A DNA stretch of 64,000 bases from Octopus sinensis (taxonomy: Eukaryota). Position numbers and translations under genes: made by a program. Location: assembly GCF_006345805.1 (NCBI RefSeq), contig NC_043026.1, positions 2,046,001-2,110,000 of the forward strand. Direction: 5' to 3'. Below are positions 41,347 to 55,088 of the stretch, in pieces (position 1 is the first letter of the stretch; each line of letters opens with the position of its first letter). The notes beneath the pieces are model-generated. The model saw only the letters and a list, made by a program, of their open reading frames with translations, was not told the DNA's origin and did no database searches.

Positions 41347-42134
41347 ACTGGTCTTGTTTCTCGTCCTGCTGGACGTCCTAAAACTGCCCCATTTATAATG
41401 GTCGCTTGGTGGTGTTGTTGGTTTAGACACTGATGGCTACGTGTAACCAGAAGCACCCCAGAGCTATTGGACCACTCACACATAAATACAGATGCAAGCA
41501 TGACTGTAAGGTAAGAAGTCTGCTTCCAAGCCACATGGTTTCAGGTTCAGTCCCACTCTATGGCACTTTGAGCTAGTGCTTTCTGCTGTAAGCCCTCGAC
41601 CACTCAATGCTTCTTGAACCAGATGTGATGGCTTGCAAAAGCGCATTGTGATCAGCGATGTGTAACAACATCTGATAGCCTGGTCAGTCATGTGATAACA
41701 TGTTACACACACACACACACACACACATACACACACACACATATAGGTGCAGAAGCTTGCTTCCCAATCACATGGTCCCAGGTTCAGTCCCACTGTGTGG
41801 CAACATCATTTGTCTCCTTTGCTGCAAGTCCAGAGAGACAGAGACAGACAGACAGACAGTGAGAGAGAGTGGGTTTGAGATTGGTCATTCTTAACCAAGG
41901 AAGTACACGTGTTAATAAGGAATCCAAAGATCAAAAGCTGTCTGTTGCTTTCATCAGGGTCTGTGTCGCTTGGGAAAAGCTGAAATTACCATATTTAATC
42001 AAACCCAGTTTCAACCCTTAAACATTCAGATTCCTCTGTCAACTAATCCTCTTTTCACTCACATTCCACCATCTTCAGTGCCAGAACTCTGTCAAAAGTA
42101 AAGCTATTTACTTACATTGTTTTCAATAGGCATA

Positions 42135-42530
42135 GGTGCGGCTGTGTGGTAAGTAGCTTACTTACGAACCACATGGTTCCGGGTTCAGTCCCACTGCATG
42201 ACACCTTGGGCAACTGTCTTCTACTATAGCCTCGGGCCGACCAATGCCTTCTGAGTGGATTTGGTAAATGGAAACTGAAAGAAGCCCGTCCTATATATGT
42301 GTATATGTGTGTATGTGTGTGTATATGTTTGCGTTTCTGTGTTTGTCCCCCAACATCGCTTGACAACTGATGCTGGTGTGTTTACATCCCCGTAACTTAG
42401 CAGTTTAGCAAAAGAGACCGATAGAATAAGTACTAGGCTTACAAAGAATAAGTCCTGGGTTTGATTTGCTTGACTAAAGGCAGTGCTCCAGCCTGGCCGC
42501 AGTTGCATGACTGAAACAAGTAAAAGAGGA
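42135..42530 (+). mobile_element. SINE family A, full length
   Basis: Same head/core/tail as 7427-7840. Confidence 0.9.
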
Positions 42531-44170
42531 TAAATTATGCATCATCTCATGGTTTCAAGATTCTGATTGTTATGATTGTTTTATTTTTAGAATGACATTG
42601 TTGGGTAAGTGTGAGAAACCAGACCTGGCTGTTTTGAACATAAAATAGATAAAATATTTGGGCCTGATGGGGCCAGTTTAAATTTTAAAGGCTCAAACTT
42701 GTCCAACACCATGGCAAAGAAATGAGGATTATATGGGTAGTACATAAAAAGCACCCATTACATACTCAGAGTGGTTGGCATTAGGAAGGGCATCCAGCCA
42801 TAGAAATCATGCCAAATCAGACTGGAGTCTGGTGCAGCCCCTCATCTTACCAGCCCTGGTCAAACCATCCAACCCATGCCAGTATGGACATTAAATGATG
42901 ATGATAATGAGATAATGATGATGGTGATGATGATAATGGTGATGATGATGGTGATGGTGATGATGATGATGATGATGAAAAATCTTTTGTTTTCTCATCA
43001 ATAAAGTAGGTGTGAGAGATGAGGAAGCCAGCATCCCAAACCAGAATGTTGTTTATATACTTCAGACATCGTTTCGGAAGGGACACAAGGACACAACATT
43101 GATAAACCACAACTAGTGTGAAATATACAAAGGTGCATGGGTCAGTGGTTAGAGCACCAGGGTCATAATCATGTGGTAGGGAGTTCAAGACCCAGACCAA
43201 GTTGTGTGTTGTGTTCTTGAACAAGACACTTTATTTCACATTGCTCCAGTTCACTCAGCTGTAGAAATGAATTGGGATGTCACAGGTGCCAAGCTGAATC
43301 GGCCCCTTTGCCTTTCCCTTGGATAACACTGGTGGCGTGGAGATGGGGAGGCTGGTGTGCATGGACTACTGCTGGTCTTCCATAAACAATCTTATTTCTT
43401 TATTGGCCACAAGGGGCTAAACATAGAGGGGACAAACAAGGACAGACAAAGGGATTAAGTCAATTACATCGACCCCAATGCATAACTGGTCCCTTATTTC
43501 ATCGACCCCAAAAGGATGAAAGGCAAAGTCGACCTTGGCGGAATTTGAACTCAGAACGTAACGGCAGATGAAATACTGCTAAGCATTTCGCCTGGTATGC
43601 TAATGTTTCTGCCAGCTCACTGCCATAAACAATCTTGCTCCGACTTTGGAGGGGAACTTTCTAGGTGCAATCCCATGGTCATTCCTGACTGAAGGGGTGT
43701 CTTTATCTCTTTAGCAGTGAAATATCCCCTTTTATTCTTGTGATCACTTCCGGGGCTGAACTCATTTCACCAAGCTCCAAAGAATATTTTGTTTTTTAAT
43801 ACATCTTCAAAAGGGTTTTTATTGGGTGAAAAAGTGCACCCCCTGGTGTTAATAAAAAAACACATGTACATTAGAGAAGGCATGGTGGCCGAGTGGTTAG
43901 GTTGTCGCACTCACAACCACTGGACCATCATCGGGTTGATTCCCTGATTGGGCAGTGGATTGTGTTCTTGAGCAAGACTCTCCTTTTCATGTTGCTGCAG
44001 TCCACCTTTCAATTACCTATTTTTAACATGCACACACACACACACACACTCTCTCTCTCTCAAAAAAACAAACCAAGATATGTAATAAAAACTAGATGCT
44101 TATGTGTGTTTGTGTATGTGTGGTACATATGTTTGTATGTGTATATCTGTATCAGTCAGAGATTATAAAA

Positions 44171-44212
<42 letters not shown>

Positions 44213-44725
44213 TAGATAGATAGATAGATAGATACACACAACACACACATATATATATATATATATATATGCATATATACAAACACAAACCTGATAGGGA
44301 GCATGTACCAGTAATACTCCAGGCAATCTGCCACATTATTCCACCACAAATGTTGGCTGAGTGCCCCTGTCAACAGGATGCCAACACAATAAGGAATTTG
44401 GCACAAAGATTGTTTTGTACTACTAATGGACCAACAGAATGGCAGTGGTGGCGGTGGTGGTGGTGGCGGTGGCGGTGGCGGTGGTGGCAGCGGTGGTGGT
44501 GGTGGTGGTGGTGGTGGCGGTGGTAGTAATGGCAGCAGCAGAGTTGGTGGTGTTGGTGGTTAAGTAGTTGTGATGGTGGTAGTATACATACAACAGGCTT
44601 CTTTTGGTTTCTGTCTGTAGTCAGAATTGAGGTATTGTAGAAGATACTGGCACTGAACCTGGAACCGTGTGGCTGAGAAGCAAACTCTTTACCACACAGC
44701 CATGCCTGCACCTATATATATATAG

Positions 44726-44758
<33 letters not shown>

Positions 44759-44973
44759 TAGGTCATTCAAAATGTGACCATGTGTGTACTGTTGGCGATT
44801 TTTTCCTCCGTCTTCCCTTCCTTGGATCTTTCCTATTCCTATGTTTCTGATGAAGAGCTCCACTCAAAATGTTAAATCCTCCTCCTTTCTTTCCTTTCCT
44901 GAGTGTCCAATAACACTATACTTGTTCCATGTCCTCGCGTTATTGTGTTTTCTCTTTGTTTTCATGTTTGGAT

Positions 44974-45343
44974 TAAAAACGACGACGCTGTGGAGATCTC
45001 ATTCTTGCTCACAACATCATAAGCGGAAAGGTGTAACCTCTCGAAAGAGCTGTTCTTCACTCCTGCTCCAGAGCGTCGGCTGTAGGGTCATTCCGAAAAG
45101 CTCTATCTGCGACGATTTTATCTCAATCGAAGGAGAGGGGCTTTCTCCGTCCGGGTTGCGGATCCGTGAACAAGCTGCCAGACGAGATGGTGAAGATGCC
45201 AACGACCGCTCGGTTCAAAGTCTCCCTTGACCTCAAGTGGCCTGAACTCTTTACATGAACACCACCCTGTACATAACTCCATGTCCCCCTACATGGCCTT
45301 GCTGTTTGCTTTTTGAGCCAAAAAATTAACTAACTAACTAACT
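44974..45343 (+). mobile_element. CR1/L2-clade LINE 3' end with (AACT)n tail
   Basis: KRRRCGDLILAHNI..GHSEKLYLRR...RRGAFSVRVADP*NKLPDEMV....FKVSLD is the typical CR1 C-terminus. The element ends in ttaactaactaactaactaa. Confidence 0.8.
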
Positions 45344-45379
45344 AAGATATATATATAAATATATATATATATGTTGATG

Positions 45380-45429
<50 letters not shown>

Positions 45430-46183
45430 TGCTTCTCCTGACTCAATCTTTTCAGAGTGCTGACTGCAACAGAGTCCAGTCCCTGGTTTGCTGTAATCTC
45501 AAACTCCAACCCAAAATGATGCACTGCACCAAGCCCTCAGGCAAGCAGCACACCAAGGCTACTGCAACCCAACAGCCAAATAAGACAGATTCCTTAAGAC
45601 ACTGGAAGACACTCTCCTTGCAGACCCACTTGAAGACAATGTTCAGTAGAGATGGGACTCTCTCGGGGACATCATCCATAGCACTGCATTGTGGGCCTTT
45701 GAGAGGAGGAAGAAAATGACACACAACTGATTTTGAGGCAAACGGGAAAGAACTCAATGGCCCCTGATGAAGCATAAACAGCAACCCACCAGGGCAACGT
45801 TGCAAGCATCAGATCAGCAAGGAACAAGAAGAAGAAGAAGATGGGAAGATGGTGTGCATATGACGACTGGATACAACTATGTGTAGATATCCAACTGTTG
45901 TTTGATATGAGCAACATTTGTGGAATGTATGAAGGTATGAAGAAAGCCTTTGGCCCAACCCAGAGCAAGATAACTCTATATAAATCCAGAACAGGGGAAG
46001 CCATTAAGGGCAAAGGAGAGCAGCTGGGGAGATGGGCAGAACATTATTCTAAACTCTACACCATGGAAAAAATGTCTCAGACAGTGCGCTAGAATATAAT
46101 GTCACAGGGGAGCTGGGCACACTGTCAGCTGCTGAAGAACTGAGCAGAGCTATTGCTGGTTTGCCCACTAAAAAGGTTGCAGG
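45430..46183 (+). mobile_element. RTE-clade LINE fragment (end of the endonuclease and linker)
   Basis: SADC....LVCCNLKLQPK, W..LC.DIQ......N..GMYEGMKKAFGP, RWAEHYSKLY and EELSRAI..L...K.AG, with stops and frameshifts. Confidence 0.75.
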
Positions 46184-46317
46184 GCGCAACGAAAATTTTA
46201 GAAAAATAAATAAGTAAATGAGTGGAAATTTTACCAGTGAGTGTGTTAAATTATAAGGCACCAAAAGAGAATGACCCTCCCCAGACACAACAGTATATAT
46301 ATATATATATATATTAG

Positions 46318-46755
46318 GGAGATGTATTTGCATAGCGAGTGACTTGATCTGAGATCGTGTGCTGGAACGAAAACAATTGCAGCGTGGAAGGTGTTTATAA
46401 GCCATTTAAGAAACACACAAAAGCCATTCGATTCACTTCAACATTTAAGTTTAATTTGTCAAAATATTTTCGTCGCTTTGAGACCGCGACCTCTTCACTG
46501 ACAAAACTTTGTGTTGCATCTCAGTTTTGTCAGTGAACAGGTATATACACACAAAAAAAACATATGCACTCGTACCAATGCACACATATATATAAATACA
46601 TACATAATTACTTCATTGCATAAGCTTACATATGTGTATATATGTGTATAAAGCGACGAAAATATTTTGACAAATTAAATTTAAATGTTGAAGTGAATCG
46701 AACGGTTTTTGTGTGTTTCTTAAATGGCTTACAAACACCTTCCACGCTGCAATTG

Positions 46756-46757
<2 letters not shown>
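46318..46757. mobile_element. Fold-back Penelope-like relic, copy 1 (variant hammerhead motif)
   Basis: Inverted arms 46373-46479 and 46650-46757, flanked by (TA)n. Nearly identical to 63519-63921. Confidence 0.65.
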
Positions 46758-46793
<36 letters not shown>

Positions 46794-47373
46794 CTGGTGT
46801 ATAGAACAAGACCCATCTACTCAACAACCATTTTACATGACAAACTGGTAAAAATCGTGGAAATAGTTCAATTTCATTTATTTACAAAAGAATAAATAAT
46901 ATTTAATTACAATAAATAGATTTAATTAAACAGTTATAGCTTGCTTTATTTCTGTATGTGCAGATGTGTGTGTGTGTGTGTGTGTGTGTGTGGTAGAGAC
47001 TATGAGTGGATATAACACACACAAGAGTCAAATACAGAATATATATAAACGTACAAGTATAGATGCATATACACATATATACACATATGCAAGCTTATGC
47101 AATGAAGTAATTATGGATGTATTTATATACAAGTGTGCATTGGTACATTTTGTGTGTGTGTATATATAAGTATGTATGTGTATATATAAGTATGTATGTG
47201 TATGTATGCATTGTTTTTGGCATACATAATCCTAACAGATGTATCTGTAAATATGTGCCTCTGTCAGTCAGTTTGTCTGTGTCCATATGCATATATGTTT
47301 GTATGTATGTATGTATGTATGTATGTATGTGTGTATGTATGAATGTATGTATGTATGTATGTATATATGTATG

Positions 47374-47409
<36 letters not shown>

Positions 47410-47588
47410 TGAATGTATGTGTGTATGTATGTATGTATGTATATGTGTATGTATGTATGTATGTATGTGTGTAGATACATATACATACATGTAAGTTCCT
47501 ATATATGTACCAATGTAAGTTTGTACACATATAAAATATATATGAAAACACATGCACAACATGCATATACAAACTCTCCTTCACCTAT

Positions 47589-47636
<48 letters not shown>

Positions 47637-47662
47637 ATATAGTGTACACATACATATATATA

Positions 47663-48527
47663 CAAGGTGTGATGTGTAAATTGTCACCATTTTACACTTT
47701 TAATTTTGCATATGTGCATTTTTTGATTTTGATTTTTTTGATCACACAGTATAGTAGGGTCAGTTGGGCACCATCTGAAAGGAAAATAGCACCATGACAC
47801 AATTCACTCTGCCAGAAATTTAGAAACAACAAGCTGTATTGCTTGGCATTTGCACTGGAAGCTCCAATACAAACATTTCAGAGTGTTTGGGTGTCAATTT
47901 GAAGGCAGTGCAATCTGATGACGTGTACCAAGAGTGATAAAAATCAAACGTCCAGTCAACAACATGTAATGGTGACATTATGCCTCCATTCATCTTCCCA
48001 CATGGACTCACACTCAACATGGAGGCCCACATCAAGTGCCTGGAGAAGGAGGTTGTGCTGCTCTGGCTCTACAGGGTGGCTGCTGGAAGACCCTATGTCC
48101 GGCAAAGGACTCTGCACCATGCCACACAAGTAGTCATGGCTGTCAGATAATTTCTGCAACCACATCACCCCTAACATCTAGCCACCTAACTCCCCAGACT
48201 GCAACCCCCTTAATTATTATGTGTGTAGGGTACAGTTGAGCGAGAGACGAACAAAACTGCTTGTAACACCAAAGATGAACTGAAGGCAAGGATTATGGCA
48301 GCCTTGACCAACTTAAACAAGGAGACTGTCCAGAAGAGTTGAAGAAGATTCCAAAGTCGTCTGGAGGCCATGCTTGAAGCCAATGGCGATTTTATTGAAT
48401 AAATTTACTCTTTAGTATTTCAAGATATTTGTATGTAATTTTGGTAAATATAACTGTTAAAATGAGATGTCTATGTTATTTTCATTTTTGTGTAATTTAG
48501 ATGACAATTTATTCACTGCATCCTGCA
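47663..48527 (+). mobile_element. maT/DD37D mariner, internally deleted copy with both ends
   Basis: Homologous to 9566-10172 in the opposite orientation. Imperfect TIRs caaggtgtgatgtgtaaattgtca / atgacaatttattcactgcatcctg in a TA context. A left-end fragment is also at 63177-63357. Confidence 0.82.
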
Positions 48528-48539
48528 TATAAATATACA

Positions 48540-48577
<38 letters not shown>

Positions 48578-48723
48578 TTTTATTTATGATTTGGTTTATG
48601 TCTATCATTGTTTGAATTGCATAATAATGGTTTTTCTCTAATTTATATATTAGATATTTATATTGTGAAATTTGATTTAATACTAAATTGAATTTTTCCC
48701 TGTAAGTTTGCAGTTATACTCCC

Positions 48724-48761
<38 letters not shown>

Positions 48762-49784
48762 CATCATCATATATATATACACACACACATATATATATAT
48801 ACACACACACATAAACACACGCACACATATATATACATACATATGTATGCATGCATGCATGTATATTAAAACGAATGAGGTTTATTATTTTAAAGCAAGT
48901 TTAAGAAGGACAAAAGAACTTCTACTGAAAGGGTGACATTCTGAGCCAACATTTTTCTTAAATCCTTCTCATCATAATAATCAAATTGACTAACGATCCA
49001 TGTGTTCACTTATCAGCTTGCTCCACCAACCAACAAGATCTTTGCCTGCTAACATTTCTACATTGGATGGAAAACCTATTTAAGATATAAGGATGTGAAA
49101 GATGGGTTTTAAAATTTGCTAAAAGAACTGTTAATGAAAACTTTTCCTGTTCATTGAGGGCAAACACATGGCTGTGTGGTAAGAAACTTGCTTCCAAATC
49201 ACATGGTTCAGGGTTCAGTCCCACTGTGTAACACCTTGGGCAAGTGACTCCTACTACATCCTCGGACTGACCAAAGCCTTATGAGTGGATTTGGTAGACG
49301 GAAACTAAAAGAAGCCTCTCATATATATGTATATCTACATGTGTGTGTCTTTGTGCCTGTGTTTGTCCCACACCACCACTTGACAGCCAGTGTTGGTTTG
49401 TTTACATCCCTGTAACTTAACAGTTCAGCAAATGAAACTGATAGAATAAGTACCAGGCTTTAAATTAAATAAGTCCCATGGTTGATACATTTGACTAAAA
49501 GTTCTTGGAGGTGGTGCCCCAGCATGGCCACAGTGTGTTGACTGAGACAAGCAAATGATGAATGAATCTGTTGAAATTTTTCAACCACTTTCCCTGAAGG
49601 ATAGGGAGATGGAAAAGGTTCAAGAGTAAGAAGAGAATGGGGGGGGCTGTCCCCTATGGGTGTGAGTCAACACTCAGTTGTTAAGGTAATAATACTTTGG
49701 CAAAGGTTCTCTTCACTAGTTGAATGGTAGAAGAAGCCCAGAGGGGAAACCCGAAGTCCCAGTCAACTTGTTATTCACTACACA

Positions 49785-49816
<32 letters not shown>

Positions 49817-50095
49817 CATATATATATATTTATTTATATATATATGCATATATATATATATATATATATATACTACACTCACGGAGTGGTTGGCGTTAGG
49901 AAGGGCATCCAGCTGTAGAAACATTGCCAAATTAGACTGGAGCCTGGTGCAGCCTTCTGGCTTCCCAGAACCCGGTCGAACCGTCCAACCCATGCTAGCA
50001 TGGAGAACGGACGTTAAACGACGATGATGATGATGATGAATATATATGTATATATGTATATATATGTATATATATGTATATATATGTATATATAT

Positions 50096-50135
<40 letters not shown>

Positions 50136-50142
50136 GTATATA

Positions 50143-50186
<44 letters not shown>

Positions 50187-50216
50187 GGTATATATGTATA
50201 TATATATATGTGTATA

Positions 50217-50247
<31 letters not shown>

Positions 50248-50311
50248 GTGTGTATATATATGTGTATATATATATATATATATATAAAAATATACATATA
50301 TACACTTATAT

Positions 50312-50343
<32 letters not shown>

Positions 50344-51767
50344 GAATATATATGTATACTTACATATATAAATACATATTTATATCAATACACGCATATA
50401 GAAACACACATATATACATAAATAAAAATATACATTTATATGTATATGCGTGTACATGTATATATGTATATATATATATATATGCATCTATATGTATACA
50501 CACACACATATAGCTAATCTGTTGTTGGATTCTTTAGTATCTAGGTATTTTAATGTTGAGGATGCTGAGAAAGAGCCAAGTTGAATGTGTACTTAGATGT
50601 TGCATCAAATACATACAACACAGTATATGCAAATGCACATGCATATATGTATGTGCATATACACATGTTGGTTCATGATCCAATGCAAGTTATAGATTCA
50701 ACATAGAAATGTTTCTAGGTATGGTACTTGTATAAAATATGAACACAAATGTATTCTAAAGGTTTCCCAACAGCTGTTTCACTAACATTTGTTATTGAAG
50801 AATAGAACAATTATATGGATTACATCATGAAAAAGAATCTGCTTTCATCAGGTGAGCTTAAACTTCACAAAGAAAAGAATTTTAGGGATGTGTGGGTCCT
50901 TTGAAAATACCTTAGAGTTATGATTGTGTCCTGCATAGCTGTAGGTAGCCCTTTGGCAAGACATAGCATCTGTTCAGCCAACCTGCCAGGGATATTGTGA
51001 AGTCATGGGATTGCAGCAGGGCAGATTATGAAAAAGGTAACAGAAGAGTTCGACTGAGCCAATGGTGCTTCTTACTTTGATGCCAAGTGAAGGAATGCTA
51101 GAAGAGCAATGGTTAGGATCACCAAGTTCTATGAAGAGAGTAACTGCAATGCATCCATAGAGGTGGCTGGCATCTGTAGTTGCGGAATCAGCTAATGAAA
51201 GAATCACTGTGGCTCAAGTGCATAATAACGGAATTGGATGGTGACAGGGTGTCATGGGAATTCGTGAAATGGCCAAATGATTGAGAGAATCCAAAGTGAC
51301 CCTCTTTGTTATTCATTGCTTCGATGATGAGTAACAAAGTGGGCCACTTGCAATTTTCTCCTGCCTTAGTTTAAACTCATCTGATGAAAGTGGATTACAT
51401 TGTGATACAATTAATGTGATCAATTTATTCATTAATTAAAAAATGCTGCTCAAACAGCTGTTGTGAACCTTTAAAATCAATTTGTGTTTGTATGTTATAT
51501 ATACACATATATATGTAAGTATGCGCGTGTGTGTGTGTGTACATACATACACACACACACACACATATATATAACCTTGTTCGAAGGTTATATGGATACA
51601 GTTTGTGTATCAAATAGCTAACTTAAGGCGATGGCCTCATGGAGCTAATAAGCAGACAGCTTTATTCTTATTTTTATAAGAATGCCATATTAGTATGGCG
51701 ATAACTATTAATTTCCAGGAACGCTGCCGTAATCTCTTTTAGAGAGACTTAGTAATTTTAATATTTC

Positions 51768-51836
<69 letters not shown>

Positions 51837-51963
51837 ATTAGAGGATGTATTAACCTCGTGAAGGGATGGTTGCACCCAAATAGATACTGGTTCAATACCT
51901 AGTGTTTTTGGAGAATGAAATCCCCTTAAAACAGTAGCTATATATTAAGCATATAGTTTATAA

Positions 51964-52410
51964 CCATTTAAAAGAAGACAATCAAATGGAGACACAGAAG
52001 TTAATAATTGTTTATTATTAACAAATTGGTCATCTTTGCTTCTTATAACCATTTCAATTAACTCTCAATAATTTAATTACAAATTTCTACATTAAATTTG
52101 CATTTATGTGACATGAGTATAATTTCATCAGAGAAAAAAAAGGATGTACCTTTGGATATTATATGTGGGATTATCAGTTCATTTCTGCAGAATTAATTGA
52201 TAGACCCACATATAATATCCAAAGGTACATCTTTTTTTTTCTCTGATGAAATTATACTCATGTCACATAAATGCAAATTTAATGTAGAAATTTGTAATTA
52301 AATTATTGAGAGTTAATTGAAACAGCTGTAAGAAGCAAAGACGACCAATTTGTTAATAATAAACAATTATTAACTTCTGTGTCTCCATTTGATTGTCTTC
52401 TTTTAAATGG
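51964..52410. repeat. Near-perfect 447-bp palindrome (inverted Penelope-like termini)
   Basis: Arms ccatttaaaagaagacaatc...gtggga and ...gattgtcttcttttaaatgg are reverse complements with few mismatches, centred on ttctgcagaa (~52187). Confidence 0.92.
52229..52342 (+). ncRNA. Type I hammerhead ribozyme in the right arm of a large palindrome
   Basis: TTCT-CTGATGA (52243-52249); stem II AATTATACTC/GAGTTAATT with a long AT-rich loop; GAAA 52319-52322; palindromic ACAGCTGT; GTA triplet 52328-52330; AGAA closes stem I. A mirror copy lies on the minus strand at ~52032-52145. Confidence 0.72.
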
Positions 52411-55031
52411 ATGTGAACAATATATATATCCGTGAGTGTGTGTGTGTGTGTTGCTTTAAGATACATAGCATATTTTATAAGTATGCCAGTTCAAGTATCA
52501 TAAAAGCATGAAACTTTGTCGCTCTTTTGGTTGTGCATTAAATTGACAATTATCTCTCACTGGATGGAATACTTTTTGTTGATTCTTATTCTTTTCCCTT
52601 TAAATAATAGCTATGTATTAAGCATATAGCTTATATCCATTTAGAGGAAGAAAAGGAAGTGCATATATTTATATATATATATATACACATACATATACAT
52701 ATATATATGTATGTATATGTATGTGTATATATATATATATATATATACATGTACATATATATATATATAAATATACATATATATGTATATAGATATATAT
52801 ATACATAATATATATATATACATATATATGTGTGTGTGCATGCACATGTATATATAAATATGTGTGTGTGTGTGTGTGTTGTTCAAATTTACAGAAAACA
52901 AAATACAAAGACAGATGTATCTTTGCGTTTTGTGTTTTATAAAGCAGAGAAGGAAATGTCATCATATATACAAATCATTGTGTGTGTGTGTATGTGTATA
53001 CATATATATAATATTATGTATCTGCTGAGATTCAATGGGAGTCACTGAATGGCTTGGAGTAAAGGTTTCTAAATGCTGTGCCACAATTGGTTTACAAGAG
53101 TACGATGAAGGTTTAAAAGTCAAAATCCACACTAATACTTGAAATACTTTCTAAAATCTGTCTGACATAAATTTTGATAAGCACAGACAGCAGAACCTTG
53201 CAGTATGAGGGCACCACTGTACGAGTGATTTGCTGTATGAGCTGAGACTTGTGCAAACTTTTGTCTTGAAGTACAAGCGAAAATCCGTAGTATGAGCAGA
53301 GAAATCGTCCCATCTTTAAGATGATCCAGTTAATAAAACCAGTTGACAGATTTCTTTTGCATTCTCTTTTTTATAATTGTCATTTTACTTGTAACTACAC
53401 CTTTTCTGTTTCAAAACCCATACATATAATTTTTGGATGGTTTTTGGGGGCTGGAACAGATTAATTATAGTTTAGTTAATTTCAATGAGGAAAATTGATT
53501 TGTAAAACAAGTAAATCATAAAACAAGCTGAATCATGGAACAAATTAAGCTCATGCTGGAAGGTATCACTGTATTAATATTAGAAGGTAAGTGTACTGGG
53601 TCAGCTTCACCTTTCACCATTCAGGATTGAAAAAATAATAAGTACCAGTCAAGTTTTGGAGACAATGTAACTGATGTTCCCCTCCCCTGAAAACGATGGC
53701 CTTTTACCAAAAATTGACATCAATATTGGATGGTGAGCATTAGCCTTGTTTGTTGCTTTTAAATTTTACTTTAACCTTTTAAGCATTTAAACCAGTCATA
53801 TCCAACCCAAATATTCTATGTTTTCTGTTCAAAACAGCTAGGTCAGGCCACTTACACCAATCCTACAGTGGCATTCTAAAAGTAAATAACCACATCATTG
53901 AAATCTTGAAGCTACAAAATAAGCCATAATTAAATGAAAACAATGTGAATAAATAAGCAGAACATTTGACAGAGTAACCTGAATGTTTGAGGGTTAAACC
54001 AGCCACAAACAGCTCAGATATTCTGCTTGTTTTATGTTCAAACTGGCCACATCTGGTCCAGATCTTGTAGCTGTTTCATGTTTAAGCCAACCAGATCTGG
54101 CCCCTCAAACCTATCATACAATATCCTCCTCAAAATAAACAAGCACATCATCAAAATTTCAAAGCTGTGAGATAATGTATGATTAATTGAAAACAATTTA
54201 AATAAATAATCATTACATTTGACGGAGCCTTGGCACAGGAGATGGAGAGGGTTTATCTCCCAACCAGTGATATAAACGAGAGCGCATTTTGCACCAAAAG
54301 CCAATATGGGAGAGGTTCTCTCATGGTATTTACTGCAGTATAGTCTGTTCTAACAGAACATCCCATGTTTAAATGAGAATAAATATTACCTCTCTGTCAC
54401 TAATATATACATATTTTTAACAAGATCACTGGTTAATCACAACACCAGTGTCTGTTCTTTTGCTGGCAGGGAGATGAGTCACTGCTTTCTCTAGCAGTCA
54501 AGAGTCCATCATTGACAAGACCAAATAAGGTTAAAATCACATGATGATGGAGATGGCAAGGATTTATCTCTCTGCCAGCGATATAAACAGGATTGCATTT
54601 TGCATGAAAAGCCAATATGGAGGTTTCTCTCCTGGTATCTACCACAGTAGAGCTTCTTTTAACAGAACTTCCATGTTTAAGTGGAGAAAAATTCGACGGA
54701 GTAATATGAATGCTAAAGAGTTGAAACATTGTTTTAATGCCCCGTGCAAATGGCACTGGGAATTTCTTTTTTTTTTTTTACTTGCCAACCATAAGATGTA
54801 AATGAATTTTGAGACCAGAGTTCCTAAATTGCCAAGAAAATCCATGCTCCTGTGTCACCCTCAAAGCAACCTCAGCAAATATAAGAGCATTCAGCATATA
54901 CATATGTATATATATTTCTATATCTGTACATATCCACTTGACTATGTGTATGATGTGTATATATGTATTTATATATCCTATATTATGTATGCATATGTAT
55001 ATAGATGTGTGTGTATGTGTGTATATATATA

Positions 55032-55088
<57 letters not shown>

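Noticed and set aside
41203-41534. VDER/KGW repeat proteins
   Set aside because: Translation of a 12-bp minisatellite between SINE fragments; no splice or start support.
50700-51430. Possible coding exon or transposase relic
   Set aside because: Stops in all frames; only a weak IQSDPL resemblance to P/THAP9 transposases.
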